Source: Lentisphaerota bacterium
Lineage (GTDB): Bacteria; Verrucomicrobiota; Kiritimatiellia; UBA8416; VGWJ01
Reading direction: 5' to 3'
Assembly: GCA_016873635.1 (NCBI GenBank)
Contig: VGWJ01000011.1
Span: forward strand, 678 to 64,677
DNA length: 64,000 nt
Shown: positions 50,796 through 61,494 of the stretch, piece after piece
Layout of the letters: each line of letters starts with the position of its first letter
How positions within the stretch are numbered: position 1 is the stretch's first letter
Position numbers and translations under genes: made by a program
The notes under the pieces: generated by a model
Databases searched by the model: none
What the model was told of the DNA's origin: nothing
What the model saw: only the letters and a program-made list of their open reading frames with translations

Positions 50796-51309
50796 GCGTC
50801 TCGTCATCGCCGGCTCCGGGGGACAGGGCATTCTCCTGGTCGGCCGCATTCTGGCCGGCGTCGCCGTGGACGAGGTCCCGCATGTAACCTTCTTCCCCGC
50901 CTACGGCGCGGAGGTGCGCGGCGGCGCCTCCAACTGCGAGATTGTGCTTTCGTCCGATCCGATCTCCTCTCCCGTATCCGACGAGTTCGACTCCATGCTG
51001 CTGATGAACGAGGAAAGCGCGCGGAAATACCTCGCGCGCCGCGCGCGCAACTGCCTGGTCATCCTGAACGGCTCGCTGTGCCCGGCCGTTGACGACCCGT
51101 CTACCGTGTCGGTCGCGGCCACGGAGCTGGCCGATCGCCTGGGAGACACGCGCGCCGCCAATTTCATCATGCTTGGCGCTTACATCGCGCGCAAACCCGT
51201 TGTTCCGGCCGCGGCCCTGGAGGCCGGCATACGGGCGCACCTGGCCGCCAAGGCGGCCGCAAGCACCAATCTGAACATCCGGGCCCTGCGCGCGGGTTTG
51301 TCGGCATGA
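50788..51309 (+). CDS. 2-oxoacid:ferredoxin oxidoreductase gamma subunit
   Basis: AGSGGQG, YGAEVRGG, NFIMLGA. Confidence 0.9.
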
Positions 51310-52796
51310 AAACGGAAGGCCTGCGTGTCGCCTTGAGCGCCGCCATGGCCGGCGCCCTCCTTGTCCCGGGTCGCTCCGCGCGCGCGGCCGCGATTCACGA
51401 CGCCGCCCGGGCCAACGACCCGCGCGGCATCGCGGCCGCGCTTGCATCCGCGGGACCCGGCGCGGTCAACGCTTCGGCCGGGCCCGGCATTACGCCCCTG
51501 CACGTCGCCGCCGGCCTCAACCGCCGCGCGGCCGCCGCGACGCTGATCGAAAACGGCGCCGCCCTGAACGCGCGGACGGCCGGCGGCTTCACGCCCCTGC
51601 ACTGGGCCGCCAGCCGCGACGCCGCGGATGCGGCGCGCCTGCTCATCGGCGCCGGCGCCGACGCCGGCGCGCGCGCCGCGCAGGGCATCACGCCCCTGCA
51701 CTGGGCCGCCGCGCGCAACGCCACCAACGTGCTCGCGCTGCTGCTGGCCGCCGGCGCCGACCACGCCGCGCCCACCGCCGCCGGTCTCACCCCCCTGCAC
51801 TGGGCCGTGGAACACGGCCGCAATGAAGCCGCCGTTCTGCTCGCGGCCGCGACGGTCGACCGCGAAACGGCCGCGGCCGGAACCCCGCCCGCGGCGGCGC
51901 CCGCGGAAGACGCGCAGGACTCCGCCCCCCCCGAGAACATCGTTGCGACAGTCTCGGAATACCAGGCGCTGCTCAGGACCATCGCCGCGGAGAACGGCGC
52001 CGCGGCGGCGGCCGACGCCGCCGACCGCTCGGGGACCGCGGACCCGGGCGGCGCCGAAGCCGCGCCGGCGGCCGGGGACGTGCCGCTGACGGCGCCCACG
52101 CACGCCAGGCCCGCCTTCGGCAAGATCCTGCGGGTGCCCATCGGGATCGACGAAGAGCTTGTCTTCGTCTGGATCGAACCCCTCGGCATATGGGTCGGAG
52201 AATACGAGGTCACCAACGGCCAGTATCGCTGCTTCCGCCCGCGGCACCGCAGCCTGTTCTTCGAACGGCACTCGCTTGACGGCGACGACCAGCCGGTCGT
52301 CAACGTCAGCTGGAACGACGCCGCGGATTACTGCGCCTGGCTGAACAAGTTCTGCGGCGACCGCATCCCGCTGCACAGCGCGTACCGTCTGCCCACCGAC
52401 CGCGAGTGGACGGCGTTCGCGCGTTGCGGCACCGAACGCAAGTATCCCTGGGGGGATGCCATGCCGCCCGCCTACGGCAACTATTCGGACTTTTCCGCGC
52501 GCGCGCTTCCGGGCTGGCGCGGATTCGCCGATTACAATGACGGCTTCGCCGTATCCTGCCCCGTCAGCCGCAGCGGCGCCAACGAATGGGGCCTTTACGG
52601 CGTGGGCGGCAACGTGTGGGAGTGGTGCGCGGACCGCTTCGACGCGGCCGACCCGGCCAGGAGCCGGCGCGGCGGGTGCTGGGATTTCGACGGCGAGACC
52701 GCGCTGCGCGTGGAATGGCGCGGAGTCGACCGCCCTGAAGCCCGCTACGATACGATCGGCTTCCGGATCGTCGTGGCGAAGAAGGCGCACGAGTGA
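51306..52796 (+). CDS. Exported ankyrin-repeat / FGE-sulfatase (SUMF1) domain protein
   Basis: Signal peptide, four TPLH ankyrin repeats, EVTNGQY, PVVNVSW, RLPT, GNVWEW, IGFRIV. Confidence 0.85.
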   Translation: MKTEGLRVALSAAMAGALLVPGRSARAAAIHDAARANDPRGIAAALASAGPGAVNASAGPGITPLHVAAGLNRRAAAATLIENGAALNARTAGGFTPLHWAASRDAADAARLLIGAGADAGARAAQGITPLHWAAARNATNVLALLLAAGADHAAPTAAGLTPLHWAVEHGRNEAAVLLAAATVDRETAAAGTPPAAAPAEDAQDSAPPENIVATVSEYQALLRTIAAENGAAAAADAADRSGTADPGGAEAAPAAGDVPLTAPTHARPAFGKILRVPIGIDEELVFVWIEPLGIWVGEYEVTNGQYRCFRPRHRSLFFERHSLDGDDQPVVNVSWNDAADYCAWLNKFCGDRIPLHSAYRLPTDREWTAFARCGTERKYPWGDAMPPAYGNYSDFSARALPGWRGFADYNDGFAVSCPVSRSGANEWGLYGVGGNVWEWCADRFDAADPARSRRGGCWDFDGETALRVEWRGVDRPEARYDTIGFRIVVAKKAHE

Positions 52797-52820
52797 CCTC
52801 CGCGCCACGATCTCCAGGCG

Positions 52821-52912
52821 GCCCCGCCCTACCCGCCGCCTTCGGCACACAACGGCAGGGCGCGGGCGCCCTCCTTCGCGCCATGCGCTTCGGAGGGCAA
52901 GCCGCGCGCGCC
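52821..52912. repeat. GTAG-type REP pair with nested 33-bp element (52871-52903)
   Basis: ...CCCGCCCTACC / GGCAGGGCGCGGGCGCC-[33 bp]-GCGCGCGCC. Confidence 0.8.
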
Positions 52913-52929
52913 TCTCTTTCCTCGGCAGG

Positions 52930-54074
52930 CTACCCCGCCGGTCCGAGCCGCGCTTTGAAATCCTCGTAGCCGAACTCGCGCACGACCCGAAGCTCGCCCT
53001 TCCCGGGGCTCCACACGGCCAGCGACGGAAGCCGCACCCCGTTGAAGGTGTTGTTCTTCACCACGGTGTAGTGCGCCATGTCCATGAAGACCAGCCGCGC
53101 ACCGACCTCGAGCGGTTCCCGGAAGGAATACTCCCCGATGACGTCGCCCGCCAGACAAGTCACGCCCGCCAGCTCGTAGGTGTGGGCGAACTCGCCGGGC
53201 GCGCCCGCGCCGGCCACCGCCGGCCGATAGGGCATCTCCAGCACGTCGGGCATGTGCGCGGCGGCGGAGGTGTCGAGGATGGCGATGGACTTCTCGTTCC
53301 GCACGATGTCCAGCACGCGCGCCACCAGCACCCCCGCGTTGAGCGCCACCGCCTCGCCCGGCTCCAGGTAGACCGTGACGCCGTGCCGCGCGCGGAAATC
53401 CGCCACGATCCGGCAGAGACGGTCCACGTCGTAGTCCTCGCGCGTGATGAGATGCCCGCCCCCGAAATTCACCCACGCCATGCGCGACAGGAATTCGCCG
53501 AACCGGCTCTCGAACGCGGCCAGAACGCGCTCCAAGGCGTCGGCGTTCAGCTCGCACAACGCGTGGAAGTGCAGTCCGTCGATGCCGTCGAGGCCGCGCG
53601 CGTCGAACGCCGCGCGCGTAACCCCCAGGCGCGAGCCCGGACGGCAGGGGTCGTAGGCCGCGGTGCGCACCTCGGAGTGCTCGGGGTTGACGCGAATGCC
53701 GCAAGCCACCGGGCGGCCGGCCTCCGCCACGCGCGGCTTGAAGCGGCGCCACTGCGCGAACGAGTTGAACACGATGTGGTCGGCGCGCGCCAGCAGCTCC
53801 GGAAATTCGTCATCGGCGTAGGCCGGCGCGCAGACATGCACTTCGCCGCCGAACTCCTCCGCCGCCAGCCGGGTTTCGTGCAGCGAGCTCGCCGTCGCCC
53901 CCGCCAGGTAGCGCCGCGCCAGCGGAAACACGGGGAAGAACGCGAACCCCTTGAGCGCGAGCAGGATCCGGCAGCCGGCGCGCTCCTGGACGTCCGCCAG
54001 GCGCCGCAGGTTGCGCTCCAGCGCCGCTTCGTCCAGAACGTAGCACGGCGTGGGCACCTGACGCCAGTCCGGGT

Positions 54075-54078
<4 letters not shown>
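52930..54078 (-). CDS. nspC: Carboxynorspermidine decarboxylase
   Basis: TPCYVLDE, LLALKGF, YDPC...SRLG, GLHFHALCE, HMPDVLEMPYRP, CLAGD, NTFNG. Confidence 0.93.
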
Positions 54079-55250
<1,172 letters not shown>

Positions 55251-55274
55251 TCGCGTTCTCCTCTCCTGCTTCCG

Positions 55275-55379
55275 GCGGGGCGAGACGCCCCGCCCTACCG
55301 TCTCGCCCGCCAATTACGGTAGGGCGCGGGCGCCCTCCTTCGCGCGAGGCGCTTCGGCGGGCAAGCCGGCGGCTCCGCC
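55275..55379. repeat. GTAG-type REP pair with nested 33-bp element (55335-55367)
   Basis: ...CCCGCCCTACC / GGTAGGGCGCGGGCGCC-[33 bp]-GGCGGCTCCGCC. Confidence 0.8.
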
Positions 55380-55382
55380 CTC

Positions 55383-56768
55383 TCACGCCAGAAGCAGGTC
55401 CCCCTCCACCCGCATGCCCGGCTTCACCTTGCCCCGCAAATCGGCCGGACCCGGCGCAAAGCACGGGTCAATCTCAATCCTGTGCCGCGGCAGGCCCTGC
55501 GCGTCCCGCGGCACGGTCACGCCGCACTGCTCCAGCCGCCGCGCCTGCTTGCGCATCATGTCGCGCCGGGCCGTGTCGGGGGAGTCGTCCCCCCGGGCAT
55601 TCTTGACGGGCGAAAACTCCTCTTCCCGGGCGAATTCCACGTTGACGACACGTTCGGCGTCGGGGAGGACGTCGAAGATGAACTTCTCGAACTTGAAGGC
55701 GTTCGGGCGGTCCGGAGCCACCGTCTGCCCGCCGGCATCGCAGTACGGCACCTTCTTGTGCGCAATGTGAACGGGCAGGCGCCGCGCGCACTCCTGGCGG
55801 AGAAAGTCCAGGGAGAAGACGTGAATTGCCACGCTGCCGTAAAGGAAGAGGAGCCGACCCCCGGAGCCGGTCGCCTCCTTCTGCGCGTCCGTCAGCTCCG
55901 AGTATTCGACGATGGCGTTGCGCCCGCCGCGTTCGACCGCGACGCCGAGGCCTTCGGCCGGATGCTTCTTGGCGCATACCTTCACCGAGGCGTCCGCTTC
56001 CCGCCGACGATGCAGACCGATGAAACCGGGATCGGCAATCTCAACAAGCGGGTTGTCCACCTGGAAATAGAAAAGGAACTCCACCCCGCGCCGGGACATG
56101 TCGTCAAATGAACCGTCGGCTTCAAGGGCGTCGAGAATTCCGCCGTGACCGTCGGGACTCTCGAACACGTGGTCCGGCGCGTCGAGCAGGAGCTGTCCGT
56201 CCGCGGTCAACGCGGGCCACATCCCCTGCACGAAGAAACGCACGGCGCCGGCCGGCAGGCCGAAGCGGCCGTGCCGCTCGAAGAAATCCCTGGTCGCGGC
56301 GTCGTTCGCGCGGCTGGTCATCACGTAGAGCGGCAGGTCGGCGCCGTACGCGCGCTGCAACGCCAGGATCTTCCGCGCGTGTATCTCGAAAAGCGTCGCG
56401 CCCGTGATCGGCGCCAGCGGAAACATGCCCTTGGGCCCTTCGAAGCCCAGGCGCGATCCCTGCCCCCCCGCCACCAGCAGAACGCCCACGCGTCCGGCGC
56501 GGAGCGCATCCCGGCCCGCGCGCACGTTGGCGGCGTCCGCAAGCTCCAAGCCCGGCAGCACCGTCGCGGGCGCTATATCGGCGTGCGCCGGTCCGGCGGA
56601 GCCTCTCGGCGTCAGGAGGCGCGCCAGACGACTCACGTTATCCAGGTCAATGCGCCCGATCTGGGCCAGCAGCCTTCGACGCCCTTCGGCGTCGAGCTTG
56701 TTCCAGAACCGGAGCGCTCCTTCCTGGCCGTGGGCCTTCAGGCGCGCCAGGGCTTCGTCATAGGTCAT
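55383..56768 (-). CDS. UAP1/UDPGP-type UDP-N-acetylhexosamine pyrophosphorylase
   Basis: LVAGGQGSRLG..GPKG, PDGHGG, QVDNPL, VEYSE, KFEKFIFD, EFSPVKN. Confidence 0.9.
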   Translation of the reverse strand: MTYDEALARLKAHGQEGALRFWNKLDAEGRRRLLAQIGRIDLDNVSRLARLLTPRGSAGPAHADIAPATVLPGLELADAANVRAGRDALRAGRVGVLLVAGGQGSRLGFEGPKGMFPLAPITGATLFEIHARKILALQRAYGADLPLYVMTSRANDAATRDFFERHGRFGLPAGAVRFFVQGMWPALTADGQLLLDAPDHVFESPDGHGGILDALEADGSFDDMSRRGVEFLFYFQVDNPLVEIADPGFIGLHRRREADASVKVCAKKHPAEGLGVAVERGGRNAIVEYSELTDAQKEATGSGGRLLFLYGSVAIHVFSLDFLRQECARRLPVHIAHKKVPYCDAGGQTVAPDRPNAFKFEKFIFDVLPDAERVVNVEFAREEEFSPVKNARGDDSPDTARRDMMRKQARRLEQCGVTVPRDAQGLPRHRIEIDPCFAPGPADLRGKVKPGMRVEGDLLLA

Positions 56769-56825
56769 GGCGTATCGTGCTCAGGTCGACGCCCTCACCT
56801 CAACGGTCGTTCCGCGGGCGACGCC

Positions 56826-57008
56826 AACCCACCCCGCCCCCGCCGGAGGCGGGGACACCCCTCTTGGGAGGGGAGAACCCACCCCGCCCGCGCTTGCGCG
56901 CGGGCACCCCTCCCAGGAGGGGATCTGTCATTGTCGATGCGATCGCTTTCCCAAGATCCCCTCCTGCGGAGGGGTGGCCCCGCCCACAGGGCGGGGCCGG
57001 GGTGGGTC
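56826..57008. repeat. CACCCCTCCC/GGAGGGG REP-like composite, intergenic
   Basis: Two direct plus one inverted unit, same architecture as 47160-47331. Confidence 0.85.
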
Positions 57009-57037
57009 CCCCATAGTGAAGCTTCCGCGCCGCCTCT

Positions 57038-60000
57038 TCACTGCCGCTCCCGTGCCCGACGATACATGCGACGCACATCGTCCAGCCGGTCTTGCTCCCG
57101 CTGCGGCAGCTCGCGACGCCTCCGCTCCAGCACATCGAGCAGGTCTGCGGCGCCATCCAGCTTGCCAAGGCGCACGCGCACCTCGGCGAGATGCAGCATC
57201 GCGGGCAGTTCGTCTTGCGATTGCCCGACCGCGCGCTCCATGGCCTCCTCCGCCTCGTCAGGCCGGCCCAGCTTCATCAGGACGACGCCCAGCGTGTCCC
57301 ATGCGCCCGGCGTATTCGCGTCGAGCGCAAGCGCGCGCCGGACCAGCTCCTCGCCCTCCGCGCAGTCGCCGCGCTCCTGCACGATCCAGGCCAGATTGTT
57401 GAGCACTTCGGCGGTCTCCCGCACGGCCAGAGCGCGCCGCAGGAACTGCTCCGCCAGGACGAATTCGTTCTTCAGAAGATACGCGGATCCCAGCACGTAG
57501 TTGCCCATGCCGTTGGCCGGGGCGATTTCCAGCATGACGCGCGCGTGCTGGGTCGCATCGTCATAACGGCCCAGCGCCATGGCGGCCTGCATCAGAAATT
57601 CCAGCACGCGCGGATCGCGTGGGAAGATCCGAAGGGCCCGCTCCGCGTTGTCCAACGCGGCAACGAGATCGCCCTGCAGCGCGCTCAGACGGGCCCGCGC
57701 AAAGTATATCACGCGATCGGAGCCGCCGCCCTTCTCCATCTTCTCAATCGCCTCCGCGAGCCCGTCGGCGTCCCGCTGCAGCGCGATCACGTCGGTAAGA
57801 AGCTCCCACGCCTCCGTCATGCGCGGCTGCAGGTCAACCAGCTCCTGGAGCACGATGCGGGCCTGGTCCAGGTCTCCGGACCGCAGATGCAGCAGGGCGT
57901 ATTCCAGCGAAACGCGCGTCTTGGATATCCCGGCTTTCTCGGCCTGTTCGAGCAGCTCTCGGGCGGCTTCAATGTTGCCTTCGAGCGTCCGGACGCGGTA
58001 CAGCCCGAGCAGCGCCTCCCCGTCTTTCGGGTTGGCGGCCAGCATCTCGCGGTACATGTCTCCGCTGCGGACGGTCTCGCCCATCCGCAGATACATCTCG
58101 GCCAGCGTTTGCGCGAGGCGGTTGCGTCCGGCCTCGGGCGCCAGTTCCATGGCTTTCCTGATCCCGGAAACGGCCAGGCCCGGGCGGCCGGACAGAGCCC
58201 AGGTCATGCCCAGGTCGGCGTAGGCCTGCGCCATCCGGACATAGCCGTCGTGCCGCGAGAGGGCCCAGACGCGATACTTGCCCTTCAAATCGGCCACGAA
58301 ATCGCGCGTGGCTTCCCGGATCTTGTCCGCGTCGGCCGGCTGATACCCGCCGTTGAGCATGCCGTTGAGGTTGAGCAGCGCGCTCACGTTTTCGGGATTG
58401 ATCTCCCGCGCCCTGGCGTACGCCGCATAGGCCTCGTCTTTGCGCCCGATGTCTTCCATGAATACGCCCAGGTTGTTGGCCCCCAGGCTGAGCCGCGTCA
58501 GCAGGAAGGACGCAAGCTTCGCGATCGGCGACCCTTCCGCCGAGGCGCGCCTCAGCGCCGGAACGAGTTCGTCCCAGATCGCCGCATTGCGGCCCATCAG
58601 CGCGTCCGCATCGACATCTTCCGGCCGGCGCGTTCCCAGGAATACCACGCCCTCCGGAAGCATGCTGCAGCCGGCGGCCATCCACAGATCCGCCGGCCAG
58701 ATCACGGCCACGGACCGGTCCACGTCCGGCTTCGTATCGAACCACCGGCGCAGCAGAGCCACCATGCTCACGGACGCGGCGCTCCGCAGGTCCGGCTCAT
58801 CCGCAAGCTGCATGCGCAGGTAGTTCATGTACAGCTCGCTGTTCCCGGCGCCGACGTTCACCAGCCGCGGCGCGCGGCCCCGGTCCCGCGCCAGGATCAG
58901 CAGGTGCATGTCCAGCGCTCCGTCGCTGACGATCCATTCCACCCCGGCGCTGCGGTCCAGAATGCGACGGGCATACGCGTCCGCCACGCCGCCGGGCCGC
59001 GCGTCGGCCCGCGCCAGATTGCGGAACGCCGCCAGGCACGCCAGCGCCAGCGCGGGCGCCACGAAGACCCAGCCCAGGTGACGGCTCAACCGGCGCGCCG
59101 AACGGCGCTCAGGGTCCGGCCACCATGTCCCCGGCAGAAAGAGCCAGTAGGCGAGGAGATATCCGAACAGGGCCGCGCCGAGCACGTAGGGCGTCACCAG
59201 GAACCGTTCCTCGCCCAGCATGGCCCACGGCGCCATACGGTGGTTGAGCAGCACCAGAACCGCGATCGCCGTCAGCAACACGTGCAGCGCGTAGTAGGTC
59301 AGATCGCGCTCGTCGTTAAGCGCCCGCCGCGCCACGAGCGCCGCCACCAGCCCGGGCACGACTCCCACGAACAGCACCACCAGCCAGCCCACGCGCGGCA
59401 GCCCGCGCGTGATGAGCAGGTATTCCTCGCGCCATATGAACCAGACGACCTTGAAGAAGCCCGTGTACTCGCGCGCCACGTAACCCGGCGAGCCGTGGAA
59501 ATCCCAGGCCGCCACGAGATAGAGGCACAGCCCGGCCAGCGTCGACACAACCAGCGCAATGATGCGCGCCGGCGTGGCCTCGCCGCGCCGCCACATCGCG
59601 AAAAGCAGCGCCGGGCCGAAAAGCGGCGCGAAAACGATCAGCGTCGCCGACTCCGTAACGCCGATCCCGCAGGCCAGCCCAAACACCGGCGCCAGCCAGC
59701 CCGGACCGCCGCTTACATAGCGGTAGAAGATCGCCGTCACCGCCAGCAGCAGCAGCGTGTCGAACGCGGCCACGCCCGCGCGGTTGGAGGCGATCCAGAA
59801 CGGTATGCTGAAAGCCAGGTACAGTCCGGCTCCAACGCCGGCAATCCGGCCGGCCAGCGCCGCGCGTGGGCGTTGCGGGTCATCCAGACGCGCCACCCGC
59901 CGCACCGTGCCGGAGACCAGGCCGTATAGAAATACAACGGACGCGGCGCCGCACAGCGCGCTGAAGACATTGAGACGCGCCGCCAGGCCGCCGAACGGGA

Positions 60001-60208
60001 GGGCGTCAACCGCGCGCGCCGCAAGGGTATACAGAAAACGATAGGCGGTCCCCTGGTAGAAGAGCCCGGTATGCGCCGCGATCTGGTAGGCGGAAAGACC
60101 CGGATACGCCCCCGGACAAAGCGTCGCCGCATAGGCCGCCAGCGCAACAAGACCCAGCAGCGCGCCGATGATCAGGTCAGGCCGCTTGTTGGTATCCGAA
60201 GCGATCAT
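57038..60208 (-). CDS. DUF2723 (TMEM260-like GT-C) multi-TM protein with TPR array
   Basis: YAATLCPG, ARLNVFSALCGA, SIPFW; about 11 TM; C-terminal TPRs (LNNLAW, WDTLG). Confidence 0.75.
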   Translation of the reverse strand: MIASDTNKRPDLIIGALLGLVALAAYAATLCPGAYPGLSAYQIAAHTGLFYQGTAYRFLYTLAARAVDALPFGGLAARLNVFSALCGAASVVFLYGLVSGTVRRVARLDDPQRPRAALAGRIAGVGAGLYLAFSIPFWIASNRAGVAAFDTLLLLAVTAIFYRYVSGGPGWLAPVFGLACGIGVTESATLIVFAPLFGPALLFAMWRRGEATPARIIALVVSTLAGLCLYLVAAWDFHGSPGYVAREYTGFFKVVWFIWREEYLLITRGLPRVGWLVVLFVGVVPGLVAALVARRALNDERDLTYYALHVLLTAIAVLVLLNHRMAPWAMLGEERFLVTPYVLGAALFGYLLAYWLFLPGTWWPDPERRSARRLSRHLGWVFVAPALALACLAAFRNLARADARPGGVADAYARRILDRSAGVEWIVSDGALDMHLLILARDRGRAPRLVNVGAGNSELYMNYLRMQLADEPDLRSAASVSMVALLRRWFDTKPDVDRSVAVIWPADLWMAAGCSMLPEGVVFLGTRRPEDVDADALMGRNAAIWDELVPALRRASAEGSPIAKLASFLLTRLSLGANNLGVFMEDIGRKDEAYAAYARAREINPENVSALLNLNGMLNGGYQPADADKIREATRDFVADLKGKYRVWALSRHDGYVRMAQAYADLGMTWALSGRPGLAVSGIRKAMELAPEAGRNRLAQTLAEMYLRMGETVRSGDMYREMLAANPKDGEALLGLYRVRTLEGNIEAARELLEQAEKAGISKTRVSLEYALLHLRSGDLDQARIVLQELVDLQPRMTEAWELLTDVIALQRDADGLAEAIEKMEKGGGSDRVIYFARARLSALQGDLVAALDNAERALRIFPRDPRVLEFLMQAAMALGRYDDATQHARVMLEIAPANGMGNYVLGSAYLLKNEFVLAEQFLRRALAVRETAEVLNNLAWIVQERGDCAEGEELVRRALALDANTPGAWDTLGVVLMKLGRPDEAEEAMERAVGQSQDELPAMLHLAEVRVRLGKLDGAADLLDVLERRRRELPQREQDRLDDVRRMYRRARERQ

Positions 60209-60318
60209 CTGGTGTCCCATATAGCGAAGCGGGGATGGCTTGACAACGGTATTCGTTGGCGGACAACAGAATCGTCTTGGCGAGCCTGGCGTCTTGGCGA
60301 GAGAATCACCAAACGTCG

Positions 60319-61494
60319 ATGAGTTCACGCGCCATTCGTCTGCAGAAGTATCTCGCCGAGCGCGGCGTGGCATCGCGCCGGGCCTGTGAAGCCCTCATGG
60401 CGGCCGGCCGCGTAACCGTGAACGGAGAAGTCGTCACGCGGCCCGGCACGCGCGTGGATCCGGATCGCGACGCGGTAACGGTTGACGGCACGCCCCTGGC
60501 GGCCGCGCCGAAACGGCGCACGATCATGCTTTACAAGCCGCGCGGCTACATCTGCAGCGCATCGGCGAAACAAGGGCGGACGGTGTATGAGCTGCTGCCG
60601 GAGGGTCTGCATCCTACCCGCAATCTGGCGAGCAGGCAGTCGTCCCCGGGCGGCCCGCGACCGACCCATGGTGGCCCGCGACCGACCCATGGTGGCCCGC
60701 GACCGACCCATGGTGGCCCGCGACCTCCGGGCGCGGGCGGCCAAGAAGCAGCGCCTGAATTGCCTTTGCCCGCGCCCGGAGGTCGCGGGCCACCCGATGC
60801 CGCGCGGCCGCGAGAAGGGCTCGTTCCCATAGGAAGGCTGGACAAGGACAGCGAAGGGCTGCTGCTGATGTCCAATGACGGCGAGCTGGTGCACCGCCTG
60901 AGTCATCCGCGGTTTGAGCATGCGAAGACGTATCGCGTCACGGTTAGTGCGCTCCCGGGCGGTAGGGCGGGGCCGCCGGACCCGCCGGAAACGGAACAGT
61001 CTCGCGGCCCGGATTCGGCGCGGCCCGCCTTCGCCGGGAAGCTTCGGCGGGGCAAGCCGGAGGCCCTGCCCTACCCGTCTTCCACACCCAGCACAGGTAG
61101 GGCGCGGGCGCCCTCCTTCGCGCGAAGCGCTTCGGAGGGCAAGCCGCACGCGCCTGTTTCGGGGCGCCCGCGCCCCACCGGCGAAGACGTTGATACGGCC
61201 CGCGGCGTGGTCACCGACGAGATGCTGCAGCGCCTCCGGCAGCCGTTCGTTCTCGACGGCTATCGAACGCGACCGACCGACGTGCGGGTGATTGGGCCGG
61301 GCCTCGTGCTCGAATTCGTCCTCAAAGAGGGCCGCAAGCGTCAAATCCGGCGCATGTGTGAACATGTCGGCCTGCGCGTGGAGCGGCTGATGCGTGTCGG
61401 CGTCGGTCCGTTGGAACTGGGAAATCTGTGTCCAGGCCGGTGGCGTGAGTTGTCGTCGAGGGAGGTAGAGCAACTCACGGAGAGCCGGGGCTGA
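60319..61494 (+). CDS. RsuA/RluB-family pseudouridine synthase with two in-frame repeat insertions
   Basis: S4 domain RLQKYLAERGVASRR, KPRGY, GRLDKDSEGLLL, EGRKRQIRRM. Confidence 0.9.
   Translation: MSSRAIRLQKYLAERGVASRRACEALMAAGRVTVNGEVVTRPGTRVDPDRDAVTVDGTPLAAAPKRRTIMLYKPRGYICSASAKQGRTVYELLPEGLHPTRNLASRQSSPGGPRPTHGGPRPTHGGPRPTHGGPRPPGAGGQEAAPELPLPAPGGRGPPDAARPREGLVPIGRLDKDSEGLLLMSNDGELVHRLSHPRFEHAKTYRVTVSALPGGRAGPPDPPETEQSRGPDSARPAFAGKLRRGKPEALPYPSSTPSTGRARAPSFARSASEGKPHAPVSGRPRPTGEDVDTARGVVTDEMLQRLRQPFVLDGYRTRPTDVRVIGPGLVLEFVLKEGRKRQIRRMCEHVGLRVERLMRVGVGPLELGNLCPGRWRELSSREVEQLTESRG
60649..60794. repeat. 21-bp tandem x3 plus 27-bp perfect inverted repeat (GTGG-type REP doublet)
   Basis: GG(C/T)GGCCCGCGACCGACCCAT x3; 60712-60738 is the exact reverse complement of 60768-60794. 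Confidence 0.9.
60961..61179. repeat. Two GTAG REP doublets, each with a nested 33-bp element (61026-61058, 61113-61145)
   Basis: GGTAGGGC...GCCCTACC and GGTAGGGCGCGGGCGCC...GGCGCCCGCGCCCCACC. Confidence 0.85.

Noticed and set aside
51306-52796. FGE/CLec domain as a diversity-generating retroelement target
   Set aside because: No reverse transcriptase or template repeat seen in the window.
60649-60731. 21-bp repeats as a CRISPR array
   Set aside because: Contiguous tandem units, no spacers, inside a CDS, no cas genes.
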